Shown here one piece after another: positions 1 to 13,530 of a DNA stretch of 64,000 nucleotides (position 1 is the first letter of the stretch; each line of letters opens with the position of its first letter). A program made the translations under genes and the position numbers. The stretch is from the human T2T-CHM13v2.0 reference genome, Homo sapiens, in the NCBI RefSeq assembly GCF_009914755.1, contig NC_060932.1; one strand, 5' to 3'. Under the pieces are notes generated by a model. That model had not been told where the DNA came from, ran no database searches, and saw only the letters and a program-made list of their open reading frames with translations.

Positions 1-2159
1 TTCCCTCCCAGGGAGAGGGGACCAGATCCTCATGAAGATGCTGTTTGGGGCATGAGAAGAGTATCTCTTAGCCTTTATTAGATCCTAGGGAGACAGAACG
101 CTATGTCTGACCTCCTCTGTAGGAAGTTAGAGGCATCTTCTATCTGGAGTTCCACTTATTCTTTCCCAGCCCTTAGGGCATTGAACTGGAGGGCAGTAGG
201 GCAATTGGGAGGGTAGGGTGCGGTGGAAGTCTGACTCTTAGCATTCCAGCAGTGGAGCTGGCCTGGGAGTGGTGGCCCAGTTGCCCATTCAGTCTTGCTA
301 TGGTGCTCATCTGGTTGGGGCCCGGTCTTAGTGGTGCTCCAGAAACCTGGAGAACCTAGAAGGGCTGCAGACCTGTTCTCTCATTGCTCTGCTGGAGAGT
401 GTTGAAGGAAACAATTGATATCTTGGTTACTTGCTGAGGAATCTAGTTTAAGATCAGGGGAAGGTTCTTAGGCTGTGGCTAGGAAATGAATGTAAATCCC
501 TGTGTCTTGGTTCCAAGCTGGATACTGCAGACAAAGCCCATGTGGAGTTCCTTGGCTGGTATCTGGAGGTGAAGGAGGATGGATCCTAGATCAAGTTGCA
601 TAAGTGAAATTATCATGGGGGGTGACTGTAGCCTACAGCTGATCTCTTGAAAGGCCTCCTCTATAAGAAAATAGAGCCCAGGTGAATTTTGTTCACATCA
701 AATGTATTGATTCTTATAAATACTGAAGCATCCTAGAAAACTCTTCCAAGAAGCTGTTCTTACCTTGTTGATATCTCCTGGATGTTTTTGGAGGACAAAC
801 TTTCTTGTTCTCTTTTCATTTTCTTTTTTTTCACCCTTTTGTTTGTTTTATTGACAAATCCTGGCTTGGAACTCTTCAGTTCTGCTTGACTCTAGGTGGT
901 TCTTCTCCTTCTTTATTTTCTCCAAAACTATGAGGCCAGACACCACCCCAGGGCTTCAAGGAGTACCTTTGAAGGGTTGCTTAGTGTCCAAATTCATACC
1001 ACATCACAGTGGGCTTCTCCACCAAGGGATGGGGGTGTCTTCAACCTTAGATGCTATTTCTGCATGTTTTCCTGTGACTTCTCTAGCTGGAGTCCAACCC
1101 TGGTGCTTCTCCTTCCTCCTCCCCAGGCATTTTCTACTCTTAGGTACTTTTCCCTGGATTTCTTCTCTGGGGCTGCTGCTTTATCTCCTTTGCTGACTTT
1201 CTTTCCACCATGTTCCTTTAAATGGTGGATTCTAGACTTTCCTCCCAGGATGCACGGTCTGCCTGGGTATAATATCTATCCCACCCATTTCTAATTTGTA
1301 CACCCCCAGACCAAGTCTTTACTGAGTTCCAGACCCATGTACACATCTGCATATTTGAATGTTTCCAGTTCTTTCCAACCCAATTTGCCCTAAATGAATT
1401 GCATGTTCTTTCTTCCCAAACCTGCTCTTTCTCCCTTATCCTTTTGTCTCTCTCCAGTGGTGCCCTGCACCCAGATGATCAAGCCGAAAATCCTCTACTT
1501 GACTCTTCACTAACCCCACCATTCAAAAAAATCTAACCCATCACCAAATCTGGGTTATTCCAATTATAAACCTCTTGAATTTAACTATATTCATTCAGCT
1601 CTACTGCTTAAATCCAGGTTCAAACCAACTTGACCCCTTCTCCCTGTTGACTACAGCAGTACCCTAACCTAATTCCCACCTTCTAGGCTTACCTCCTTCT
1701 AACCCTTGATTCTCCCTGCATGGGTTCTGGTCATAGCTATGTTCCATTTCATTTCACCTTGTACGTACCTGCCCTTTTTCTGATCCTGTCAAAGTACAGG
1801 GAAGAATGTAAAATTTGTAGTTGCCTGAGTTCAAATCCTACCTCTGCCTTATTAAATAAGACCTTGGACATGTGTACTTAGTGTTTCTGTATCTGCTTCA
1901 TTATCTTAAAACCGATAACCCTCAAAACAACCCTAGGAGTCAATTCATTTACATGTGACTGTTAGTTTCCTATGCTGCTGCTTTAGAAATGTTCAAAATG
2001 ACTAGGTCTCAAAAAAACTTGCTTCCATGGACAGAAATTCCCTAAGCTGAGCTTTCTGAACATTTGACAGATGACTTGATATTTCTCCTGCCACCTCCCC
2101 CTGCCAGTTTTTAAGCAAAGGTCCCTTTTGCTTCCTTTCTGATAACTAGAACTTTTTTT

Positions 2160-3280
2160 CCTTTTCTAAAAAATTATGACCTCTATTGAGGTAACTGTAG
2201 ACTCATATGCAGGTGTAAGAAATATGAAGAGATCACATTATACCCTTTACCTAGTTTCCCCCAATGGTAGTATCTTGTGAAACTATAGTGCAATACCATA
2301 ACCCAGATAATGACATTGATTCAGTCTAGATACAAAACATCTCATCACCACAAGACCCCACACTTACCCCTTTACTGCCACACCCACTTCTACCCTCCAC
2401 CTACTCCCTCAACCCCTGACAACCACTCATCTCTTGGACATTTCTATAACTTTAATTGCAAAAATGTTACACATCTTATGATTCCACTTATGTAACATTT
2501 TGGGATTGGCTTTTTTCAGTCAGCATAAATCTCTGGGGATGTATCAGGTTGTTACATTTGCTGAGAGTATATCTTATATATTAATGCAGGAAAAGTAACA
2601 ATCTAAAGTGATGGGTGTGTTAAGTTAATCATCTCACAATGGATACACATATCAAAACATCACAGGTATACACCTTTAAATATATGCAATTTTAATTTGG
2701 CAATTATATTTCAAAGCTGGAACAAAAAGAAGGTAGGCAAGACATGAGACAGATGGCAAGTTAAGTATACAATTTTCAAGACCATTAGTCCTCAGAAAAA
2801 TGAAACCACAATGATTTCACTATATACCTATGAGAATGGCTAAAATAAAAAATAGTGACCACAGAAAATGCTGGTAATGATGTAGAGGAACTTGATCACT
2901 CATACACATTGCTGTGGGTGGAGAGATAAAATGATTAGCTTTTCATGTGTTACTCCTGCCAGCTGAGAAATCATGTAGGGACAGAAAGTGGGTTGGAGTC
3001 ATCAAACATCTTTTGGGGGCAGGGGTGTGGAAATGGGAAGATGATGGTCAAAGGGTACAAAGCCTCTATTCGCAAGAGAAACAAGTTTTTCTTTGGGATA
3101 TATTGTGCAACGTGGTGAAAAGAGTATGTTTCAAAACTGCTAAGTAAATTTCAAATGTGCTCAAAGTATTTGAGGTGATATGTTAAGCTTGATTTAATTC
3201 TGATTGTGTTTGTAAATCATGATATCACTTTGTACCCTATAAATATAACTTGTCAACTTACAATTTTTAAGATGTTTTTA
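2160..3280. mobile_element. Cluster of L1M 3'-end fragments in both orientations
   Basis: taccctttacctagtttccccc (reverse); gaatggctaaaataaaaaatagtgac and ttgtaccctataaatata (forward). Confidence 0.65.
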
Positions 3281-3974
3281 AAAGTAAAATTCTGCTTGTA
3301 CTTTTTTTTCCCCCAGTATGATTCTTTGGCCACATTTGTTCCACCCCTTACCAAGCAGGCATGTTTCTTCTACATTAAGGGTGTAGAGGAGTCCTCCTGA
3401 CCCTCCGTCAAGCCCTCTATAGGGTCTGTTTTCTCCATGGAGTCCTTTCAATTTCCTCTCTCTCCAATCATGACATGCTCAATTATCCACTCCCAGTCTC
3501 CCACTCCCATGAGGCCAGGTCACAGGGCTGAAGAAGAAACCATGGAAACAAGCAGTTTATTTTGGCTACCCAGTGCCCTCACTGGGGCAGGCACACTTGA
3601 ACCTTGAGTCAAACCCCCACCACAACTCTTGACTCTAGCCACATCTGTGCTGGACAGCTCCTCCCCCTGTGAGCCTCCACCTTCAGCAGGCTTGCAGCTT
3701 TCAGTTTTGCCTCAAGGCTTTCTCCAGTGCCCAGAGACCACTGGGCTTTATAGGCTAGAAAAGGTGGGGGACATTAATGCTTTTGGGGGCAGCACTCAGA
3801 AATGAACCGGTAGGCTCCTGACTTCTGAATTCGGCTACTGATCCCAGGCGGCACCTGAAGGACCTGAGGTTCTGTTGGATGGCAGTGGTGACAGCTTTGA
3901 TGATACCTTACTGTGACTCTTCCTACTTCCCTTTTTTCTCCTCACCACTGCTTCCTTAGAATTACCTGTGATAG

Positions 3975-4282
3975 GGCCGGGTGCAGTGCCTTATGCCTGT
4001 AATCCCAGCACTTTGGGAGGCCGAGGCGGGAGGATCACGAGGTCAGGAGTTGGAGACCAGTCTGGCCAACATGGTGAAACCCCGTCTCTACGAAAAACAC
4101 AAAAATTAGCTGGGCATGGTGGTGGATGCCTGTAATCCCAGCTACTTGGGAGGCTGAGGCAGGGGAATAATTTGAACCCGGGAGGCAAATTTGCAGTGAG
4201 CCAAGATCGCGCCATTGCACTGCATTCCGGGTGACAGGGCGAGACTCTGTCCTAATTTTAGTTTATCTCAGAAAAAAAAAAA
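3975..4282 (+). mobile_element. Alu (AluSg-like)
   Basis: GGCCGGGTGCAGTG start, GGATCACGAGGTCAGGAG (2-nt deletion type), dimeric structure, A tail. Confidence 0.95.
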
Positions 4283-4435
4283 GCAAAAATTAACATCTAA
4301 GTGCTTTTATCCAAATCTGTTTTTGTAAGAACTTGGCCAGCCCAAGGCAACATCGTGACAGGAAACCAGGTTTTAAATGCTGAGAACTCTTTCCTGTTCC
4401 TTTCTCTGATATCCTGCTGGGACTCTCCTTAGCTA

Positions 4436-4899
<464 letters not shown>

Positions 4900-6562
4900 T
4901 CAGACAACAACTTGCTTTCAACTGGACATTAATTGTATTTACAATTACTGGTAATTAACTCTAACATATTATGTGCTTTCTAGTTATCTTACATACTAAG
5001 TTACAGTCATCCTCCTTTCTGACTTTCTTTAGGTTAATTTTTACTTTATTTCCCCCTCTAAACTCTAATGTCAAATATTTTAGTTATGCTAGGGATTTCT
5101 AATAACACTGATATCAAAAGCTAATATAAACTGAGATGCTTACTTCTTCTCAGAAAATGAGGGGGACCGGTCCATGAGCCCTGGGAGCCCAGGTTCTCAG
5201 CGGTTCTAGAAATGCCACTAGACTGTTGGTGATCTGGGCTGTTAGACTCTGTTTTTACTCAGGAAACCTGGCTCCCTGGCTGCCTCCCTCCATCCCTAAC
5301 ACCAGATCTCCTGCCCTCGGCCTCCTTCACCATAAGGGGTTGGCAAGCATGGCAGCCTTTGACCAGTGAGATCCAGAAAAAGGCCACAGGATGGTCCTCC
5401 AGAGGCCCCTTCAGACATAAGAGCTCTTCTCTCCTGTGAAGTCTTTGGCTGTCCTCTAAGAATCTTGAACTGAATATTCCCAGCTCTGGAAGCCACCGTG
5501 AGGCTTGGGTTATTTATTCAAAAACATACGTTGGGGCAGAGATGGCTGTACCCTGGACTGGCCTCACAACCTAGGGAGGTCCCCATCATGGAAACCAGTG
5601 ACAGGCAGGGGCTTCATGCAGGTGCAATAGGGAGAGTAGCTAAGTCCTAGAGCCATGGAGTGTCCAGAGCCGAAGTGGGAGAGCTAGGCAGTGCAGCCTT
5701 TCCTGAAGCCCTTGACTGAATTCCTCCCCATTAATTTCCATTTTTAACCTGGTAATTCTATTAGAGACAGCCAAGTCTTGTGTGGTTCTCTGCTGAATAG
5801 AAGCTGTCATGTCAATTTCTACACTGGAAGGTACACAATACTCTTTGAACATTCCATTTTGTCTGCATAATGAAGAAAATGGCTACCATGGCATTGCCCA
5901 CTGAGTCAGGCCCTGTCCTCTGGGTGTTCTTACTTAATTCAGTAGCTCTTTTGGTTTCTGAGGATTAAATGGTGGTGGGTGTAGTCACTCTATCAGTAGA
6001 TATCTATGTGAAGCATCAGCATGTAACTTGCTCAATCCAAAAAAACCCCATGTTATGGCAGATGTCCTATGGGACTGATGAGCAGAATTCTTGTCATAAA
6101 ACCTGGCCTGAAATTCTCTAATGCTGGTTTTTAATCTGAGAAGTAAATGTGACACTGTTGCCTCTAGGTATCCCCTTTAGTAATAAAACCAGGTCAGCTA
6201 TTCCTGGGATGAGAGTTGATGATGGGGCCTCAGCAGGAACACAGGAGGCCATTAGGAACCTTCACTGTCCTCGGGAAACTTGCAACTCAACTTCAAAGTA
6301 CTAACTGGGCACCAGCATTACAGTACTGCTGTAAAATTAAACAAGTAACTACAGAATTTGAGGACTTGTTCATGAAATTTAAGTATTAGTGGTCCATTAT
6401 GGCTCAATTTGACACATTAAGTTCTGGTTAATCTCTTAGCCAGAATATCTGTCTCTGTAATTCCTAGTGTCTCCATGTTTTGTCACTATACGTGTGGGGA
6501 CATGAGGATTATGGTCCCATACAACCATGGGAGGTTCCGTGGTTGGGAAGCTAGAAGCCTAT

Positions 6563-7114
6563 TGTTAGAAACAAGAGCTCAGGGTCACAAGGAAAAAGAT
6601 CACTCAAAGGTTTTCTCAGCAAGGCAAATTTACTTCTGCAGAAGGGTGCCACTCACACTTCTGGCCACTGTGGGAGAACACTGAACAAAGGAGGGAAAAG
6701 GGGTTTTTATCCCTAACATGGTTAGTCCCTGCTTCTGTGTCCTGTCCCCACTGGCTGGAGTCAGACCGCACAATCTAAACTGACCCAATTGGCTACTGTT
6801 TAAAATTGAATGTGGCTAATTAGGCAGGAAGGGGGAGGCTGTCCATTATGGTACAAAGCATGTTTGGGTATGTCAGGGTACAGCAAAGCCAGGAAGAGCT
6901 CTTTCAGCGGGGGGGCAGTTTACAGAATGGGTAGCCAGGAGTAAAATAGGACTCTTTCCAAATAAGGAAGAGATGTGAGTTACAGATTGGAACTGGTGGG
7001 AGAAGTTGTTTACAGAGCAGGTAGCTTAGGAGAAGGGGCAAGGAAGTTGATCTTGAACAAAGAACAAGGAAGTTAGAAATTAATCCTCTGAAGAGGAACT
7101 TACTGTATTTGGCA
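6563..7114 (-). mobile_element. ERV1-class solo LTR (MER61-like, tentative)
   Basis: TG...CA termini with 4-bp TSD CTAT at 6559-6562 and 7115-7118; TATA-like GATAAAA and AGTAAA on the minus strand. Confidence 0.8.
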
Positions 7115-7544
7115 CTATCATGATCTCTCTCTACTGAGGTGCACCAAAGCCATTGCCCCTACATTGGAAGAAGAAACTAGCTTGCTATTTAACTTGCTCA
7201 AAGCAACACAGCCAGTTACCAGTGGAGAAGGAACTGATGCCCAGGTCTTCCAATTAGGTTGAAAGACCTTCATCACATAGTGCTGGGAATCAGTGGGATG
7301 AAGCTATAGCCCCAGACTTACTGTGAACCTTGTAACCTTGTGCTGATCTCCTAAGTGATGTGGTACTGAGTTTCTCACATCTGCAAATGAGGATGTATTC
7401 TGAAGGTTTTATAAGATCTTGCCTCCATGGGTGATGTAGTCAAGGTTGAACACAGGAGCTGAGTTGGCCATGTCCTGGGCTTTGTTAGAAGTGGATTATT
7501 TGTGACACTAGCTGAAAATGCCACTCGCCAGCAAACATGCTGCA

Positions 7545-8015
7545 TTGGGGCTCTCCAGAGAAATGGAACCAATTTGTGTGTGTGTAGACCTATAAGAAAT
7601 TGGCTCACATGACTACAGAGGCCAAGTTTTGGGATCTGCCGGGTGAGAAAAAACCTTGGAGACCCAGGAGAGCCGATACTATGGTTCTGGTCTGAAGGCC
7701 AGTAGGCTAGAGACTGTGGAGAACCAGTGTTCTAATTGTTCAATGGCAGGGAAAGAAGGCAATGTCTCTGTCTGAAGGCAGGCAGGAAGAATCTTCTTAC
7801 TTCGCAAAGGGTTGACCTTTTCTTTTTCCTACTCGGTTCTTCAACTGTGATTGAAAGAAGTCCGCCCACATTACAGAGGAAACTCTGCTTTACTGAGCCT
7901 ACAGATTGAAACTGAATCTCATCTAAAAGCACCCTCACAAAAACACCCAGAGTAGTGCTTGAGCAAATATCTGGGCACCCATGGCCCAGTCAAGTGGATA
8001 CATAAAACTTCACAC
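7545..8015 (-). mobile_element. MLT2 (ERVL) LTR
   Basis: aagaaattggctcacatga..., atatctgggcacccatggcccagtcaagtggatacataaaa typical of reverse MLT2. Confidence 0.75.
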
Positions 8016-9339
8016 ATGCCAACTGTCTTGAAAAAGTATAGATGAGGTTCAGTGTTCTTTGTTGAAAATGTAAGTAAAGAAATATAGAAGCACTAGAAAA
8101 TGTCTCAAATCTAAATCTTAGATGAGTTAATGTGGTGTTTCTTAGTTTCGTTCTTGCATAATGAATGATACTAAAGACCTCTTATGGTGCATAACACACT
8201 GCAGTTTGACCTCCTTCTTAGTACTTAGTTGGGAAACTCTGAAACCCATCCTATGATGCCCACAGCTGGACTCCTGTTCAGGCTTCAATCTCTGCCCCTA
8301 GCATGTTCAGATTGTCAGTGTGTACAAGGGCAATGTTGTAAGATATCTATTTGCCAGGCAAAGAGATGGTTCTCAAACAGCAGTACATGACCCCCTGCCA
8401 GCATAAAATGATTTCACTCACATTCCACAAAATAGGACTAATGTTGTGACTAACAAAGCAACACATATTATTGTTTGATATTCTTACTGCTTCTGAAATG
8501 CTGAGTAGTTGGTATCTTACTCACCAAAGTAAAGCCTATAACTCAGTCCTACTGCACTTTTGCTTTGAAATCTAAAAGTCTAGGGCCACTTATTAACAGG
8601 GCTTGTTTCTGGAGATTAAAATTTGCTGATAACATCTACATTTTCCCATGAGGTCTGAGTCTGGTAGTTATGATGCTATGCTGCAGTTTGAGGGAACCCA
8701 CAGTGACCCCTGAAGTTGACATAACTTACCTCTGGGATGGATGAAGACAGAACCAATGTTATCCCAGGGAGAGGAGAAGCTTGGGCCCCTACAGCTGGAT
8801 CCTGCCACCATGATAGATAGCACCAAGCATGTTCACTTATGGAATGAGGCCCAGAAGAATGAGTGAAGATGTGATACTAAGATGCACACAAGGGATACTC
8901 AGGGTTGGAAGATGGTATTTTCTGGGACTGTGTTCACTCTTAAATAAAGTACATGTGGCCACCAGATTGAGAATCATGTACAAGGCACATGTCAGACAAC
9001 TGACTTGCTGGTCACTTAAGCATCTAATCAAGAATGAGCAATTTGTCTCCACACATGAACATGTTTCAGTTTTCTGGAATGTATTTTCTGGGAGGAACAG
9101 CTCACACACATGGACCGGTTAGCCCTGAAGGCTTAGCAGCTGTGAGACTTGTTAATATATTGAAAGAACACTATCTAATATAAGAAGGGTTGGTGTTAGT
9201 CACCATGTCAGGACTAGAGTCTATGTATATTAACAGCAAGGCAGGCATGGCTCAAAATAAGGATTTTCTAACCAGCTGTCAAGAGGTGGAATGAGTTGGC
9301 TAGTCAAGTAGATATTTCATCTCCCTACTAATTGCTAAG

Positions 9340-9720
9340 TTACATGGTTTGGATGTTTGTTGCCCAATCTCACATTGAAATGTGATCCCCAATGTGGTGG
9401 GAGGCGATTGGGTTATGGAGCGGGCCCCTCATGTGTTGGTGCTGTCCTCACAATAGTGAGTGAGTTCTCATGAGATCTGGTTGTTTCAAAGCATGTGGCA
9501 CCTCCCCACCTCTTACTTGGTCCTGCTCTGTCATGGAAGATGTCTGCTCTTGCTTTGCCTTCTGCCAGGAGTAAAAACTTCCTGAGGCCTCCTCGCAAAG
9601 GCTGAGCAGATGCCGGCTCCACGCTTCCTGAATGGTTTGCAGAATCATGAAACAATTAAGTCTCCTTTCTTTATGTAAATTATGCAGTCTCAGGATATTT
9701 ATAACAGGTAAGAAATGACC
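9340..9720 (+). mobile_element. MaLR LTR (MSTB-like)
   Basis: atggtttggatgtttg...catgagatctggttgttt...cttcctgaggcctcc...aaattatgcagtctcagg. Confidence 0.8.
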
Positions 9721-10789
9721 TGTTGATCATTTGTTCAATGTCTAGAGAATAGGTGAGTGGAATCTGAAATGTGCATGACTAAAAGATAAGCATGATGCTG
9801 GAGGCTCCTGTGTCCCATCCCCACCCCCCCATCCCCACTCTGATGCCTTCAGCTACAGGGTTTGGCATTAACCGCCGTCGTCAATGGTGAGCCATGGGGC
9901 TATTACCATAAGCCATATTGATGACTTGCTTGTTTTATATTGTGTTCTTCCCCTTCCAGGAAATAGGATGAGTCTCTGAAAGCACTGTATGTCCCCTGGG
10001 TAGGTAAGATACCACTGGCTGAAGTGAATGGAGAGTTTTCTGCTTATGCACAAATTCTTCCTTGCCAAAATCAGCTAATTACATTTTTCTACAAGGTGTA
10101 ACATTCTCTCTCTATCCCTCTTGACCTCCATGCTGATTCTAGCATTCTTTTCCAGCTGAGAAGTTCCATTTTCATTGACCAGTTTTTCTAAACTATTAAC
10201 CTCTAGAGTCTATTCATTAACCAAATGTGCGTGTCTGCTATGTATCAGGCACTGTTCTGTGTACAGGGACATGTCCATGAACAAGATGAGGCCCCTGCTG
10301 TCATGGAGCTTCTAGTGGAAGATACTAATGACAGCTCTGGGTGGAGGGGTGGAATTGGGGGGAAAAGGAGGTATGGACAGGGAGGGGTGGCCTTCCATCA
10401 GCTGTAAGACCTTCCTTCCCCGTCAAATGTCAGGTCCCCTTTGCCTCCCCTACACATATGAATTTGGTAAATCGGGTAATCAATCTTGGCTGAAGCAGGC
10501 CTCTTCCTTATTCCTTCTTCCTCCGAGTTGACTTCCTTGATATAACCAACACCATTCCAATTCACTTGCAATCTGAACTTTGGTAACTCCTTAGTAGAAG
10601 CAAATTCCCTGTGGTTCCTTCTACCTAGTTGTCTAGTCCACCACACATGGCATTTGATGTGGTGGGTGGAAGGAAGTGGTGTCCAGTCTTTATTAGAGCA
10701 AATTACACTGGTGGTCAGGACCAAATCTTCAGCTATGTTTTAATAAAACCAAGTTTGTCCCATTGTCTTCACTGGATTCCCTCCAAAGC

Positions 10790-10881
10790 AGACCCTGAGA
10801 GAGAAGCAAGTAAGACCCTGAGAGAGAAGCAAGTAAGACCCTGAGAGAGAAGCAAGTAAGACCCTGAGAGAGAAGCAAGTA
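10790..10881 (+). repeat. Minisatellite: 4 perfect copies of the 23-mer AGACCCTGAGAGAGAAGCAAGTA
   Basis: Units start at 10790, 10813, 10836 and 10859 with no spacers. Confidence 0.97.
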
Positions 10882-11400
10882 GATAAAAGCAGATCCTGAA
10901 ACAAGGGTTTACCTTGAGCACACAAGGACCAGCAGGGAGGGGAGGTGATACAGAGAGTAAAGGCAGCCAGGAAGAAACGTCTTAAGCCGGCTCGCACAGC
11001 GAAGAACTGATGAGCCCTTCAGGAAAGCTCTCATATTCATAATATAAAACAGACTTCAGAGTGGTCCTGGACTTGAGAGCTAGTTTATTGTATACCCCAG
11101 ACAAGTATCTGCCATTGACTTAAAGGGTGCTTCTGGGGGGGTGTTAATTCCAAGGCACTTCCAGCCCATTGTGCAAAGTGGTTCTGCAGCCTTCAGGCAG
11201 CCCTCCAAGAAGATGCAGCCATTTGCTCTGGGAAGTCAGTCTGGTATGCACAGAAATTGTGGTGTTGGTGCCCAAGGACATGGGGTGGAGGGTTGACAAT
11301 GGGTTTTACTAGGGTTGGAGTATCAGGTGCTAAGATGAAGATTAATTTTTGCTTTAAATGTGGTCTATAATACAGACTAGGCACTAATAACAGTAAATGA

Positions 11401-11816
<416 letters not shown>

Positions 11817-12679
11817 TTATTATAAGTTCATATTTTCTCATCCTGTGTCTTAAACACAAAACCATCAGTGGAGAGCTTGTTTTCTCTCTATGATGGTAGA
11901 GTATTGGCCTTACTCTGTCTTGGATCAAGTCAGCCCTTCATTGAAATCTCAATATCCTAAATTTAGTCTTGAATCTGTGGAAACCATGGGAAACATCCAG
12001 ATAGAGTACTCAAGCCAGGTCACTGGCAGTGTCTGCTCAAAATGGCTAAGCCAAGGAAATGATCCTATCTAACCAGAAGACTGTACCACACCCCTCTCTT
12101 CCTCAGTACTGCTTAGGATTCTCCAGCTTTGAGTTAGGATGGTGAATAAGGTAAAGCTGTGCCTGAGGGACATGAGTGTGGCCAACTGGCCAGGTACTTG
12201 GTGGCCATGGGTTTGTTAAAGTGACGCCCAAGGCACTTTGCAGTCCTGCAGGCGAGCTTCTGGAGCTGGCTGTTTTAACTTATTAACCATGTAGTTGCTG
12301 AACGTTCATTTGTCCAATTTCCAGCAGGCTGTTATGTCAGACATTCTTCAGTTGTAAGAGGCAGATTTTCTGTAATACCTTCAAGTATTCAATGGGGACT
12401 TAGTCTTGGTGGGATATGTTATCTCAAGGGTTAAAGAGGTATTAGGACCCCTGTGATAACCTGAACGAGGACTGAGAAAGTAATCAAGGTTCAAGATTAG
12501 TCTCTTCTACATGGGGAAATAAAAAGATCCTTTCATTAGATTTTTTTCTTCATACAATTGGTACATATGGCCCTAAAACAACCCATAATCGCTCTAGTTC
12601 ATAAGTTTATATACCTATATTTAAAGCTGGTTTCTTTATTCACTAGAGTCTGATTAGCAATTAATCTCCTGGGGAATTA

Positions 12680-13530
12680 CTGAAAATGATAGAATGGGGA
12701 ACTCCAAAACTTCGTCCCTCCACAAAAGCAACTAATAAGCTGGCAAAAACTGTCAGAGGCAACTTAAGAACACTAGAATCTGATTAAAACCTTAGCAAGG
12801 GAATGCTTAATGAAGAAAGAAATTGCTGAATTTAGGTAAGAAAATGCATGTAGCATTTTTACTACCCCTGCTCACTATCTTCCTACTTTACCAGCTGGGA
12901 GTTTGCTATGAAAAACAGAGCCCACATTCCTGGGAGAGGTTGCTGGCACCACAGGAAGCAATGCGAACTTTATTCTCAGAACTGTGATAGTGTGTTTTGA
13001 CCTACTTGGTAGCTTCAGCTCAAGTTCTGGTTTCAACTGTCTGTTTCCCCAGAGATTAAGTGGGTGGCAATTGTTAAAAGTATTTAAAGGCAAATGTGTA
13101 GCCACAGCTGCCTGAGGAAAGGAACAATGGTCAGGTGAACAATCGATACAAATGCCTGTGGGGAAGATATTGGGGAAGGAGATATTTGGAGGAATAAAGG
13201 CTTTGAAAAAAATTCCCATGTATAATCTAGAATGCCATATACATGCATACCTGTCTGGGACTAGACTCCTACTCAAAAGGCCTGAAGAGGCTCTAGGCTT
13301 TCACCTCTGGCTGACCTTCAAGCTCTGTACAAGGAAGTAGAGCTATATGAAGGCCATATGAGGCCATATTAAGTCCATATGAAGAAATCATGATGATGAT
13401 GTTTCCTTTTGGGGTGGTGATAACTTTCTGGAACTAGATAAGAGTTACGGCTGCATAGCACAGTGAATACACTAAATACCATCACTTCAAAACGGTTAAA
13501 ATGACTTTGTTATGTACATTTCCCATCAAC
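12680..13530 (+). mobile_element. Old L1M fragments (5' region, then a 3'-end piece)
   Basis: ctccacaaaagcaact...gctggcaaaaactgtcag; gtttccttttggggtggtgataactttctggaactagat. Confidence 0.55.

Noticed and set aside
10790-10881. 23-bp direct repeats as a CRISPR array
   Set aside because: Head-to-tail with no spacers, no cas genes, eukaryotic context
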